DNA of 64,000 nucleotides from the NCBI GenBank assembly GCA_963845755.1, contig CAWJTV010000036.1:384001-448000 (forward strand), read 5' to 3'. The notes beneath the pieces were generated by a model. The model had not been told where the DNA came from and searched no databases. It saw only the letters and a list, made by a program, of their open reading frames with translations. The position numbers were made by a program, and so were the translations under genes. Positions 46,672 to 56,048 of the stretch are shown here, in pieces (position 1 is the stretch's first letter; the number at the start of each line of letters is the position of its first letter). This DNA is from an uncultured Planctomycetota bacterium. Lineage in GTDB: Bacteria > Planctomycetota > Planctomycetia > Isosphaerales > Isosphaeraceae.

Positions 46672-47143
46672 GGTCGGTGCCACGACATTCACGATGCCGT
46701 CGGATCGGGAGTTTGCCATGACGCGCGTCTTCGCCGCGCCGCGCCGGCTCGTCTGGGAGGCCTGGACCAACCCCGAGCACGTGCCGCACTGGATGTTGGG
46801 GCCGCCAGGCTGGACCATGCCGGTCTGCGAGATTGACCTCCGTCCGGGCGGGGCGTGGCACTTCGGCTGGCGTCAAGCGGACGGAACCGAGATGGAGATG
46901 CGCGGCGTGTATCGCGAGATCACGCCGCCCGAGCGGCTGGTCACCACCGAGTCGTGGGGTGGCGACTGGCCCGAAACGCTCAACACGCTGGTCCTCACCG
47001 AGGAAGATGGCAGGACGACGATGACACAAACGGTTCTCTATGCGTCGAAAGACGCTCGCGACGCGGTGCTCGAGACGGGGATGAAATATGGCGTGTCCAT
47101 GAGCTTCGATCGTCTCGCCGACCACCTGCGAACGATGGCGTGA
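46655..47143 (+). CDS. SRPBCC/AHSA1-family protein
   Basis: TRVFAAPRRLVWEAWTNPE, EIDLRPGG, GVYREITPPERLV. Confidence 0.9.
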   Translation: MDTANKVGATTFTMPSDREFAMTRVFAAPRRLVWEAWTNPEHVPHWMLGPPGWTMPVCEIDLRPGGAWHFGWRQADGTEMEMRGVYREITPPERLVTTESWGGDWPETLNTLVLTEEDGRTTMTQTVLYASKDARDAVLETGMKYGVSMSFDRLADHLRTMA

Positions 47144-47191
47144 GTCTCGCGCGAGGGCGGAGTGCGATCGCCGTACTCGCGGCAGAAAGCA

Positions 47192-48572
47192 TCACTTCGG
47201 CGATGTCTGGGCCGAGCTGGCGGAATCCGATACGGTCGGTGTCGTTTCATCGCCGAGCTCGGCCGAACCGTCGTCGGGCAGGCTTTCGAGATAGGTCCCG
47301 ACCAGGGCGTCTTCCGAAGGTGGGAGGGCGCCGCGCTCGCGGTGATAGAGCTCACTGGCAAGGGCCACGAGTAGCGCCCGATAGCCACGCTGTTCCCTCT
47401 GGCGAACGGCCGGCCAGAGGTACCACGGGTACTGGAAAGCCACCCTGGCATCGTTGGTCGTGACCAGCCAGCTTGCCACCTCCTGCGGTGACAGCGCGCG
47501 GGCGCCTGCCGGCGCGTCGGGGCTCACGGGATAAAGTGATACGCTGGTCGTCCGCTGTGCAACGTGGAAGCGCGCCCGCACCGCCGGCCGGCGTTGCTGC
47601 GGGTCGGTGTTCTCCACGTGTGCCAGCCAGTTGGCGAAGAGTAATCGAATGACGCGGCGGCTGCGTTCGGGCTCGCGCGAGCTGGCGCTTCATGCTGTGG
47701 AACTTTAGCGTCAGGTCGGCCGGCAACTCCAGATCACCGAGTCGATAGGTCAGCTCCTCCTCGATCTGCTCGGGAGGGGGATCGACCGGCCCGTCCAGGA
47801 ATTGCATGAGATCGAGATACTCCCGCTTGAGTGTGAACGAATCCCATTCGGGCCTCGGCCGGCACACGATCACTTCCTCCAGGGCGCGTCGAATCTGGGG
47901 AATCGTGGTCCTGGGATCTGCCGCCCATTTCGCCAGACGCTGCTGGATTTCGCCGTGATGGAGAGCGGCACGCAGGCGAATCGCCAGCCGCTCGCGCCGC
48001 CGCAAGTGGACGTACATGCGGAGGATGGCTCGATAGCAGTCCCAGGCGCCGGCCATGTTGCCGATATCCGCGCACCGTCCGCCCTCATGGTACGTCATGG
48101 CGAACAGCGTCCCGTCCCACCAATTGCTCTGAATAGGGTAGTACCGCCCTTGGTTCACATCCTCCGGCCCCGAGATGCCGTCGGCACATTCAGCCGCCTG
48201 GATAAACAGGTCCACCAGCGGGCGGTTCGCCTCGAACCAGTCGTGGACCTTCGGATCGCCCACGTTCAGGTTCAGGGGCATGGGGGTGAACTTCTGATTC
48301 GCCCGCCGCACCAAGGTGAAGGCATTCGGTTCATCGGAGATGCGGAAAGCCCGGAACTCCGCGACATCGAACGGGTCGCCGATGTCGGGGAGCCCGTTGA
48401 GGCTCCTCAGCCACCAGATTGCGAGGGCCCCGGCGGCGATCGCGAGGCAGATCACCAGGACGATCGAGACCCACGCGAGCTGGCGAAGCCTCTTGCGCAT
48501 CAACTGGAGCAGCTTCCGCGACGTACCGCTCACAGCCTCGGGGGCGGCGGGAGTCTCGACTTGAATTCGCAT
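47192..48572 (-). CDS. Hypothetical membrane-anchored protein (frameshift ~47675)
   Basis: N-terminal TM helix then LPDIGDPFD; ORFs 47352-48572 and 47192-47617 join by a frameshift. Confidence 0.6.
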
Positions 48573-48784
48573 GAGAAGGTCGTCTCCGCGCGAGGCGAGA
48601 TTCTTGGCTTGCCGTTTACACTATCCTACCAGAATCTGTCTCGTCTGCAACGACAATTGTCAGAGAACCAAAAAACGGGACCAGAGGCCCGGGAACGCGG
48701 AAGCCGGACGTTCGCCATTTGGAGGCGCGGGGTCTGACTTCCGAGCCACTTGACCCCTGACCCCGATTCGTGAGCCCCGGTCCT

Positions 48785-48933
48785 CTACCCGACGAGCTCT
48801 CGGATCGGCTCACCGCGCTCGATCCGGTAGGTGGGGCGGCCGGTCCGATCCTCGAAGGTGATGGATCGGCCGTCGATGCCGAGGTGGTGGTAGACGGTGG
48901 CGGCGACGTCCTGCGGGCTGATCGGGCGGTCCA
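48785..48933 (-). repeat. Duplicated 3' end of the DUF1501 gene (direct repeat of 54518-54666)
   Basis: 149 bp, ungapped, 6 mismatches by eye, includes the stop codon; weaker similarity extends ~65 bp beyond the stop. Confidence 0.95.
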
Positions 48934-48991
48934 AGTGGCACATCGAATCACTCGACGACCTCCTGGTCGAGCAGAACCTCGATGTATTTAT

Positions 48992-50368
48992 GGCTCTTCT
49001 GCAAAGCGTGTGGGTAACTTCGGACCGATTTTCAGATTTCCGGCAGCATGCACGTGAGGATTTTGAGCCGGAGGTATTCTTCGTCTCGAAGTCCGTAGGC
49101 CCGTCGTTGGATGACGCGGATCTTGTTGTTGATCCCTTCGACGAAACCCAAGGGCACCTTGTTCTCCTCATGGCAATACGACGCGATTCCGTCCCAGTGC
49201 TCATCGACCATCCGTGCGAACTTCTCGTACGGCTTGAGGCGTTGCCACCTCAAGGCCGATTTCCATCGCTCGAAGAATCGCCGCGCCCATACCTCCCGCT
49301 TGTAATCCCAGAGCTGACCGAACATCTCCTTGAGGAGGTAGGCTTTGTTCAACCTCCTGTTGGCCTTGAACAGCGCCTTCAACGACTGGCGCCCCTCCTG
49401 GGACAAGTTGGCCCGGCGGGACAGCAGTGTGTACTTCTGGCCCTTGATGAACTTTCGGTCCTTTCCCGAGAGCCGGGCGTACTCGCTCTTGCGCACCTTG
49501 TCCAAGGCCTCGTTCAAGTGCTTGAGAATGTGAAACTTGTCATAGAGGATGCCGGCCTGGGCGCGTTCCCCGTCTTGAGGGTGGAGTTGCGGAACGCCTT
49601 CCACATGTCCATCACGGCCAGGCGGATTCCCTTGCATTTCCGCGGCCCCAGCCACTGGAAGAAGAGGTCCATGCTCTCCTCGGATCGATCCGTGCCTCCG
49701 AACCAGATCGGCCGGCCGCGGATCAAATCGCTCACGACGATGCGGTAGTTGTGCCCCTTGCCGATGGAGAGTTCGTCGATGCCGATCACCTTCGGGCCAG
49801 GCGTCCCGGCGCGTCGGAGTTGCTCGCCCATGTACTCCATTTCCAGCGCCTTGACGGTTCTCCAATCGAGCCGGAGTTCGCGGGCCACATCCCGGACCGT
49901 CGAGGCCCGACAGCGCCGCCCCACATAGAAGGCGAACCGCTTGGTGTAGAAAGGGTTGTTGGCCAACCAGGGCAGATGCTCCCGTTTCACGGCGCCGCAG
50001 CTCCGGCAAGACACTCGCCGGACCTCGAACTCCAGGTAGACCCGGGTGTCGCCACAGGAGAGGTCGCGTACTCGACGGGTCGTGCGGTCGTAAAAGGTTC
50101 GCTGAATCCGCCCACAGGCGCCGCAGGCCATTTTTTCCCCCGGCGCAGGAGCCGCACGATCCGCGCCTTGGGATCTCCGAAGATGCCACGGACCCTGGGG
50201 TCCGGACGGAAACCGATAAACCGGTACGCATCTTCCAATCGACGTTGTTTTCGCATCCGGTCATCATGCCAGATTCTTCGCGCCGAAGAGAAGCCAAAAG
50301 GCCCTTCAAACGAGGGGTTTCAGGGCCGCAATACACGATTTCCTACCCACACGTTTTGCAGAAGAGCC
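48992..50368 (-). mobile_element. ISL3-family IS, 1377 bp, 8-bp target duplication GTATTTAT
   Basis: Inverted ends starting GGCTCTTCTGCAAA.CGTGTGGGTA; GTATTTAT at 48984-48991 and 50369-50376. Confidence 0.95.
49032..50256 (-). CDS. ISL3 transposase (frame changes ~50135 and ~49560)
   Basis: CGACG zinc finger, IGIDELS, VMDMW, YDKFHI, VEGINNKIRVIQRRAYG. Confidence 0.9.
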
Positions 50369-50704
50369 GTATTTATAATGGATCTTGGTCAACCTACTGA
50401 CTCCGGCCCGGATCTGCGAGAGAACGTCTTCCGATACCGGAGCCTGAATGTTCAGGTGACCGCCGTCACCTAACCTGGTCAAGCTTTCCAGGGTCGTCAT
50501 TCTCGCTTCGTTGTAGGCGATGCAGGTCTTGTGGCTGATGTTCGGATGGTCGCCGACATCCAGGAGACACACGTCTTCTTTGTAGTTTTCGTAGGTGGTC
50601 ATACCGACCATGACCACGCGCGGGATCCCTGTCTGGATCTGAGATCACGACCCAGAGGTGGGTATCGACCTCCCGGTCACGGATATAGAAGGTGTCGCCA
50701 GCCT

Positions 50705-51253
50705 TCATGGCTCAGGTCCGAAGACATCCTCGAAGACCTGGCGCGCGGCCTCGTCACGCTCGACGACGGCCACCATGTCTGGCCGGTCCTGGGCCACGAG
50801 GATATCCTGCCACGGTATCGGGCTCGCACTGCCCTTGAAGTGATCGACCCACTCCTTGAACCCGTGGGTGTGCTCGGAAAGCTCCCAGTCGTCGATCTGA
50901 TGATACCGCTCGGTTACTTCAGCAAGCTTCTCCACGATGCCCTTGGACAACTCGCCTCGACCGGGATCCGCCACGAGTTCGACCGCGTACCCGTCGGTAT
51001 GGATAAAGTCGTCCCACTCCCCGGCACGAGTCCCATTCCCTTTGATCAAGTCGTAGAGGGTCGAAAGGACCGGCCCTTGTTTCATCGCATAAACACGGTC
51101 GCCCGTAATGGACTCTCCGGTCTCTGCTAACCACTCGCGATCGGCGATATAAAGGAGCTTCAGGAGACGAAGGTAGCTCATTTTCTTGCGGTCGAATCGG
51201 AGGAGGCAAGCGCTCGCCTGCAAGGCGCGCTCGAATTTGAAGCGAAAGTGCAT
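50705..51253 (-). CDS. Panacea-domain (DUF4065/SocA-like) antitoxin
   Basis: LRLLKLLYIADRE....GESITGDRVYAMKQGPV, ELSEHTH...EW. Confidence 0.85.
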   Translation of the reverse strand: MHFRFKFERALQASACLLRFDRKKMSYLRLLKLLYIADREWLAETGESITGDRVYAMKQGPVLSTLYDLIKGNGTRAGEWDDFIHTDGYAVELVADPGRGELSKGIVEKLAEVTERYHQIDDWELSEHTHGFKEWVDHFKGSASPIPWQDILVAQDRPDMVAVVERDEAARQVFEDVFGPEP

Positions 51254-51558
51254 GGCTTCTCCTTCTATTTTGAACTGATCAATGATACACTGCCAATTGT
51301 AGGCCGGTCAAGCCAAAGACCCCGAGTGCGCGAATACGCGGATACATGGAGACGTAAGCCGCGTTTATTGCTGCGACCTTCGACGATATGGCGTTCCCGG
51401 ATCTGCCCCGACTGGCTCATGGCGAATACCAAATGAACCTCGGGCCTGCCCCGGCTGTCCGACTCTTGTGGGGTAAAATGCAACAGGTGCCTGCGACTCT
51501 GGTTTGCTTTCTGTAGAGCAATGAGCGGCGCCCGCGGTCTACGGTCTGGGCTAAAACT

Positions 51559-53145
51559 ATGGACGCAGAAAAGCGGAGGCGATGGGAGAACGACCGAAGG
51601 ATGGCGCGGTTCTACGAGTTGCTTGAGGGCATCCTCAAGAGGCATGATCCGGTCGAGTACATCCTCGCGATGTCAGCCAGGCTGCGGGAGTGCCGCAAGG
51701 ACGACCAGAAATGGCGGCAGACGCCCCCGTTCCGCGCCGTCCACTCGGTCGAGGCGTGCTGCGCTTTCGCGCGAGGGCAAAGCCGGGACCCTGTTACGCT
51801 GAACCGAATCGGCCGCGCGATGAACGTTTACCACGAGCACGACGACCCGATGCAGCATGACGTTCTCGGGTTGAGCCTCGCCCACTTCGTCAGGATCGCC
51901 CACCGCGAGCAGATGGAACTGCAATACAGACATGGCGAAGACGATTTCGCTCGCATCCTGACCATTTATGCCCAACCCGGCTCACTGCCCCGATCGTCCA
52001 GAGCGTTCCGAGCGAAGTACAAGCTGACGCCCCGTCAATGGGTCCGTCTTTGCTTCCTTGCCGCAACTGCGGCTGAGAATAGCCCCGTCGGGTTATTCCT
52101 CTCGGAAACCATCATCGATTACATTCGGCAGAGTAATCTTTCCGAGGACATCCCCGAGGAGGCGGTACGTTCGTTCCTGGAGTTATCAACCCGCACGCCG
52201 AGTCAGATCGGAGCGAGATTCCGCGACGAGCGAAAGAAACTTCCTCCTTACTTGCACTCGTCAATCCGGTCTGTGTTGCTGGAGGCCCCGCTCATCGCTA
52301 TCGGACGCGACCCCGTCGGGCACGAGGCCATGGTCCTGATGATCAAGGATCTGATGTTCCGTCACGGCGGCGAGGGGCTCTACCGGCTGATGAAGGGACT
52401 CGATGAGTTCGATCAAGAAATCGGCAGCGCCGTCGCGGGCTACGTCGGTCGCGTCCTCGATTGTCTCGACGGGCGGGTGTCGCTGCACGGCGAGGCTCAG
52501 TTGAAGAAGCATGCGGGCGGGAAATGTTGCGACTTCCTCCTGGAGTTTCCCGGCGAGATTCTCTTGGTCGAGGCGAAGGCGGTCTCGTTCACCAAGACTG
52601 TCTTGACGGAGAAGTCGGTCTCGGAGGACACTACTACCCGCAGGATTGCCGAGGGGATCCGACAACTCTACGCGACCGCGTACGACCTGCATTCGGGCAG
52701 GTTCGATGCCCTGAACATCGATAAGTCCAAGCCTCTCATGGGCATCGTGGTCACGCTGGGAGACATCCCGATGGTCAACACGAAGTGGTACTTCGAGACG
52801 TTCATCATGGCGATGGCGAGCCCGAAGCTCGAATCGCCGGTCTACCCGAGCCCCAACCTCGTGCGGCGACCGGTGTCGATGACACTCAGGACGTTGGAGC
52901 ATTTGGTGATGATTGCCAACTCGCTGGGGAGGTCACCGACGAAGCTGCACTCCGATTGGTCGGCGGAGAACGAGCTCTTGGTCGGCGATTGGGATGCGTA
53001 CCTTGGCCACATCGTCAAGGACAACTACCAGGCAGTCAGGAGACTGCCGTTCATGAGACCTCAGACGGTCAACCTGTTGGTCTCCCTCGGCGCTCTGCGC
53101 GAGTTCGTCGAGGAGCAGATCGAGTGGCGGGACGGAGCCGCTTGA
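51559..53145 (+). CDS. 528-aa hypothetical protein with C-terminal PD-(D/E)XK-like nuclease motif
   Basis: Intact ORF; CCDFLLEFPGEILLVEAK...GIRQL. Confidence 0.6.
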   Translation: MDAEKRRRWENDRRMARFYELLEGILKRHDPVEYILAMSARLRECRKDDQKWRQTPPFRAVHSVEACCAFARGQSRDPVTLNRIGRAMNVYHEHDDPMQHDVLGLSLAHFVRIAHREQMELQYRHGEDDFARILTIYAQPGSLPRSSRAFRAKYKLTPRQWVRLCFLAATAAENSPVGLFLSETIIDYIRQSNLSEDIPEEAVRSFLELSTRTPSQIGARFRDERKKLPPYLHSSIRSVLLEAPLIAIGRDPVGHEAMVLMIKDLMFRHGGEGLYRLMKGLDEFDQEIGSAVAGYVGRVLDCLDGRVSLHGEAQLKKHAGGKCCDFLLEFPGEILLVEAKAVSFTKTVLTEKSVSEDTTTRRIAEGIRQLYATAYDLHSGRFDALNIDKSKPLMGIVVTLGDIPMVNTKWYFETFIMAMASPKLESPVYPSPNLVRRPVSMTLRTLEHLVMIANSLGRSPTKLHSDWSAENELLVGDWDAYLGHIVKDNYQAVRRLPFMRPQTVNLLVSLGALREFVEEQIEWRDGAA

Positions 53146-53327
53146 CCAATTCGATGGCGCGGGGAAAGCCTACCTCGGCATAGGAGGCGATGGCGTTATC
53201 TCTCGAGAGGTGTAGACGCCGATCGAAAAGATTGGCACTTTGCCGGTCGAAGCCTGCTCGGTGGGCTCAGCGAGTTCAGAGGATCAGGAGCCGATTTTGA
53301 CCACCGGCCACTGACCCTCTTCGAGCA

Positions 53328-54263
53328 TCAGTTCTGATCTTCTGGCTTTCTGGACACATCGACCTCGATGACGGCCTGAGAATCAAGCCCTTTCGGAAGT
53401 CTCGGCATCTGAATTCCTGGATAAGCACCCCACAAGCGCCTAATGTCCTGTTCGTTCAGACCCATTCTCTGGAGGGCTTCCTTTCTTTCCATGCTCATAC
53501 GTATGATCTTACGATAATAGTTGACGAGCTGCACGCCTAGCTCGCTCGCCTTGACGATATGGATCGTGTGTCGCCCATGGACGCCGAAGAAAACATCCGC
53601 CTCCCAGACATTGGTCTGGCCTACCTGTCTCAGAGGATGTGGCTGGGGCCACCATTCTCCCTGCCTGTTCGAGAAAATGAAAACATCGCTGCCCGGAGGA
53701 TTAATACATTCGCACCTAAACGTGTATTTGCCAGCGGTCCTAAACGTCTCAAGCGGGGCATCGGTTTCTAGAGGCAGAAATCTGATCCCCAAAGTCTGTT
53801 GCGCTCGGATGAATCGCTCGTTCTCGTTCCTGATGCGCTGGGCGAGGTCGTGGGGGAATAATTCGACTTCGATGTCGCACTTCTGGAGTTCGACGACTCC
53901 CTTACCACAAACACCTTGGTTTGGGTCGAGGATGCCGACAAACACTTTCCTCACCTGGGCTGCGACCAATAGTTCCGTGCAGGCTTCGAGCGGCTTGGTC
54001 CTGACATGATGAGTGCATGGTTCAAGTGTCGTGTAAACGGTGGCTTCGCGAAGGAGTGCCCGGTTCTTCACGTTCGCCAGCGCCCTGAATTCGGCGTGGT
54101 CGTCATCCCCAACGACGCCAGTGCCACGGTGACCAGCGCCCAGGATATCGCCACCTATGGCAATCACGGCCCCTACTTTGGGTATGCGATCGGGGTCTTC
54201 CGGCTCACACTCGGAAGCCAGATCGATAGCTCGCTCCATCAGTTCCCGGTCTCTATCTCTCAT
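53328..54263 (-). CDS. Zn-dependent cytidine/RibD-like deaminase domain + unknown C-terminal domain
   Basis: PKVGAVI, HAE, YTTLEPC...C, GILDPN; no RibD reductase domain; visibly lower GC than flanks. Confidence 0.8.
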   Translation of the reverse strand: MRDRDRELMERAIDLASECEPEDPDRIPKVGAVIAIGGDILGAGHRGTGVVGDDDHAEFRALANVKNRALLREATVYTTLEPCTHHVRTKPLEACTELLVAAQVRKVFVGILDPNQGVCGKGVVELQKCDIEVELFPHDLAQRIRNENERFIRAQQTLGIRFLPLETDAPLETFRTAGKYTFRCECINPPGSDVFIFSNRQGEWWPQPHPLRQVGQTNVWEADVFFGVHGRHTIHIVKASELGVQLVNYYRKIIRMSMERKEALQRMGLNEQDIRRLWGAYPGIQMPRLPKGLDSQAVIEVDVSRKPEDQN

Positions 54264-54371
54264 GGTAGCTTAGCGACGTCCGAATAGAGCGAGAGGATGA
54301 CCGAAGACACGTGTAGTATATCCCCAACCGTAACAGAGCGCCTGAAAACGAGCAATTCATTGGGTGAAAAA

Positions 54372-54440
54372 GGCACTGCAAACGGGGACGCAACGGCACT
54401 GCAAACGGGGACGCAACGGCACTGCAAACGGGGACGCAAC
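54372..54440. repeat. 3 x 23-bp perfect tandem repeat GGCACTGCAAACGGGGACGCAAC
   Basis: Directly visible. Confidence 0.95.
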
Positions 54441-54517
54441 GAATTCTCCGTTTGGAGCCACGGGGTCTGACTCCCTGACCCCCTTGACCCTTGCCTCCGA
54501 TCCATGGGCCAGCATCT

Positions 54518-55879
54518 CTACCCGACGAGCTCGCGGATCGGCTCACCGCGTTCGATCAGGTAGGTGGGGCGGCCGGTCCGATCCTCGAAGGTGACGGATC
54601 GGCCATCGATGCCGAGGTGATGGTAGACGGTGGCGGCGACGTCCTGCGGGCTGATCGGGCGGTCCATGACGTACTCGCCTCGGGGGCTGCTCCGGCCGAT
54701 GATTTGGCCCATCTGCATCGATCCGCAGGCGAACAGGACGCTGAAGGTCTGGCCCCAGTGGTCGCGACCGGCGTCGCGGTTCATCCGCGGAGTCCGGCCG
54801 AACTCGCCCATCGCGACGACCAGCGTGGATTCGAATAGCCCGCGGGCGATCAGGTCGTCGATCAGGGCCGCGATGGCGCGATCGAGCGGCGGGATCAACT
54901 TGCGTGCGCCTTCCTCGGTCTTGAGCTGCGGGGGCGTTCCATGGTGGTCCCACGGGACGCAGTTCACCGTGACGAACGGCGTGCCCGCTTCGACCAATCG
55001 GCGTGCCAGGAGGGCGCTCTGGCCGAACGTGTGGTGGCCGTAGCGGTCGCGGAGCACCGCCGGCTCGGAGTTGATGTCAAAGGCGCGCGTCACCGATTTG
55101 TCCATCATCATGTCGAAGGCGCGCTGGTGGTAGGCGTCGAGGTCGCGGAGTACCGGATCAATGTCGTGGCGGAGCTGGTCCATCGATTCCAGGAACCGGC
55201 GGCGGTCTTCCAGGCGGCCGAGCGAGACGCCCTTCGGCATCGACAGGTTCTTGACGCGGAACCCGGCGTCGTTCGGGTCCGACTCCACGATGAAAGGATT
55301 GGCGTAGCCGCCGAGGTACGCCGCGTAGTGGAACAGGTTGTCGGTCCCTCCCCGGAGGTGAGGCACGGCCACGTACGGAGGTAGGCCCCGGTCTCCTGGA
55401 CCCAGCAGCCGGGCCACGGCCGAGCCCATCGACGGCCGACGCTGGACCTCGTTGTCGGGGGCGTTGAACGCCGGCCCCTCGTAACCGGTCAGCATCCAGT
55501 GGTTGCCCTTGGTGTGGTCGCCCGTCCCGTGGTTGACCGACCGGACGATGGCCATCCGATCCGTCCGTCGGGCCTGCTCCGGCAGCAGCTCGCTGAAGTG
55601 GACACCTGGTAGGCTGGTGGGGATCGCGCCGAACGGGCCGCGAAACTGGCTCGTCGCGCCCGGCTTGGGGTCCCAGGTCTCCATGTGACCGGGGCCGCCG
55701 CTGAGCCAGAACAGGATGACGCTCCGCCCGCGCGCGGACCCGTCCGCTGCCCCGATCGCTCGAAGCTTCAGGAGATCCGATAGGGCCAGACCTCCCAGGC
55801 CGAGCACGCCGGCCTGGAGGAAACTGCGCCGCGTGATCCCGTCACAATCCCGGGCACCGCCGCCGAGGATCTTGAGCAT
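54518..55879 (-). CDS. DUF1501 protein
   Basis: TRRSFLQAG, LSGGPGHMETWDPKP, LLARRLVEAG, WDHH, GEFGRTP, GRDHW. Confidence 0.93.
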   Translation of the reverse strand: MLKILGGGARDCDGITRRSFLQAGVLGLGGLALSDLLKLRAIGAADGSARGRSVILFWLSGGPGHMETWDPKPGATSQFRGPFGAIPTSLPGVHFSELLPEQARRTDRMAIVRSVNHGTGDHTKGNHWMLTGYEGPAFNAPDNEVQRRPSMGSAVARLLGPGDRGLPPYVAVPHLRGGTDNLFHYAAYLGGYANPFIVESDPNDAGFRVKNLSMPKGVSLGRLEDRRRFLESMDQLRHDIDPVLRDLDAYHQRAFDMMMDKSVTRAFDINSEPAVLRDRYGHHTFGQSALLARRLVEAGTPFVTVNCVPWDHHGTPPQLKTEEGARKLIPPLDRAIAALIDDLIARGLFESTLVVAMGEFGRTPRMNRDAGRDHWGQTFSVLFACGSMQMGQIIGRSSPRGEYVMDRPISPQDVAATVYHHLGIDGRSVTFEDRTGRPTYLIERGEPIRELVG

Positions 55880-56048
55880 GGCGTCCCCTTGTCAATCCCG
55901 TGATGTTTAACATGGATTCCGTTATCGATGCCGCGGGGATCCTTGTCAAGTCCGCGTCGCTTTCAAAATAACCGGGGAAGTCCGACCGAGTAACTTCCGG
56001 AGAGATGGGAGCATCGAGAGGGTCGGGGAGTGTCTCGGAGGGTCTGCG

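Larger units (their letters stand above)
48948..50708 (-). pseudogene. Putative toxin (PemK/MazF-like N-terminus), interrupted by ISL3
   Basis: MKAGDTFYI...HLWVVISDP..VVMVGMTT..EDVCLLDVGDHP.ISHKTCIAYNEAR...IHYKY | IS | IEVLLDQEVVE-stop; ATGA overlap with the Panacea gene; one frameshift near 50620. Confidence 0.55.

Noticed and set aside
51265..51645. Possible extra gene upstream of Panacea
   Set aside because: No recognisable motif, and it overlaps the start of the opposite-strand gene.
53328..54263. ribD
   Set aside because: No reductase domain and no riboflavin gene context.
54372..54440. Mini-CRISPR array
   Set aside because: Repeats are directly adjacent with no spacers.
48718..54666. 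Prophage or ICE
   Set aside because: No integrase, structural or conjugation genes visible; no tRNA or rRNA gene was recognised anywhere in the window.
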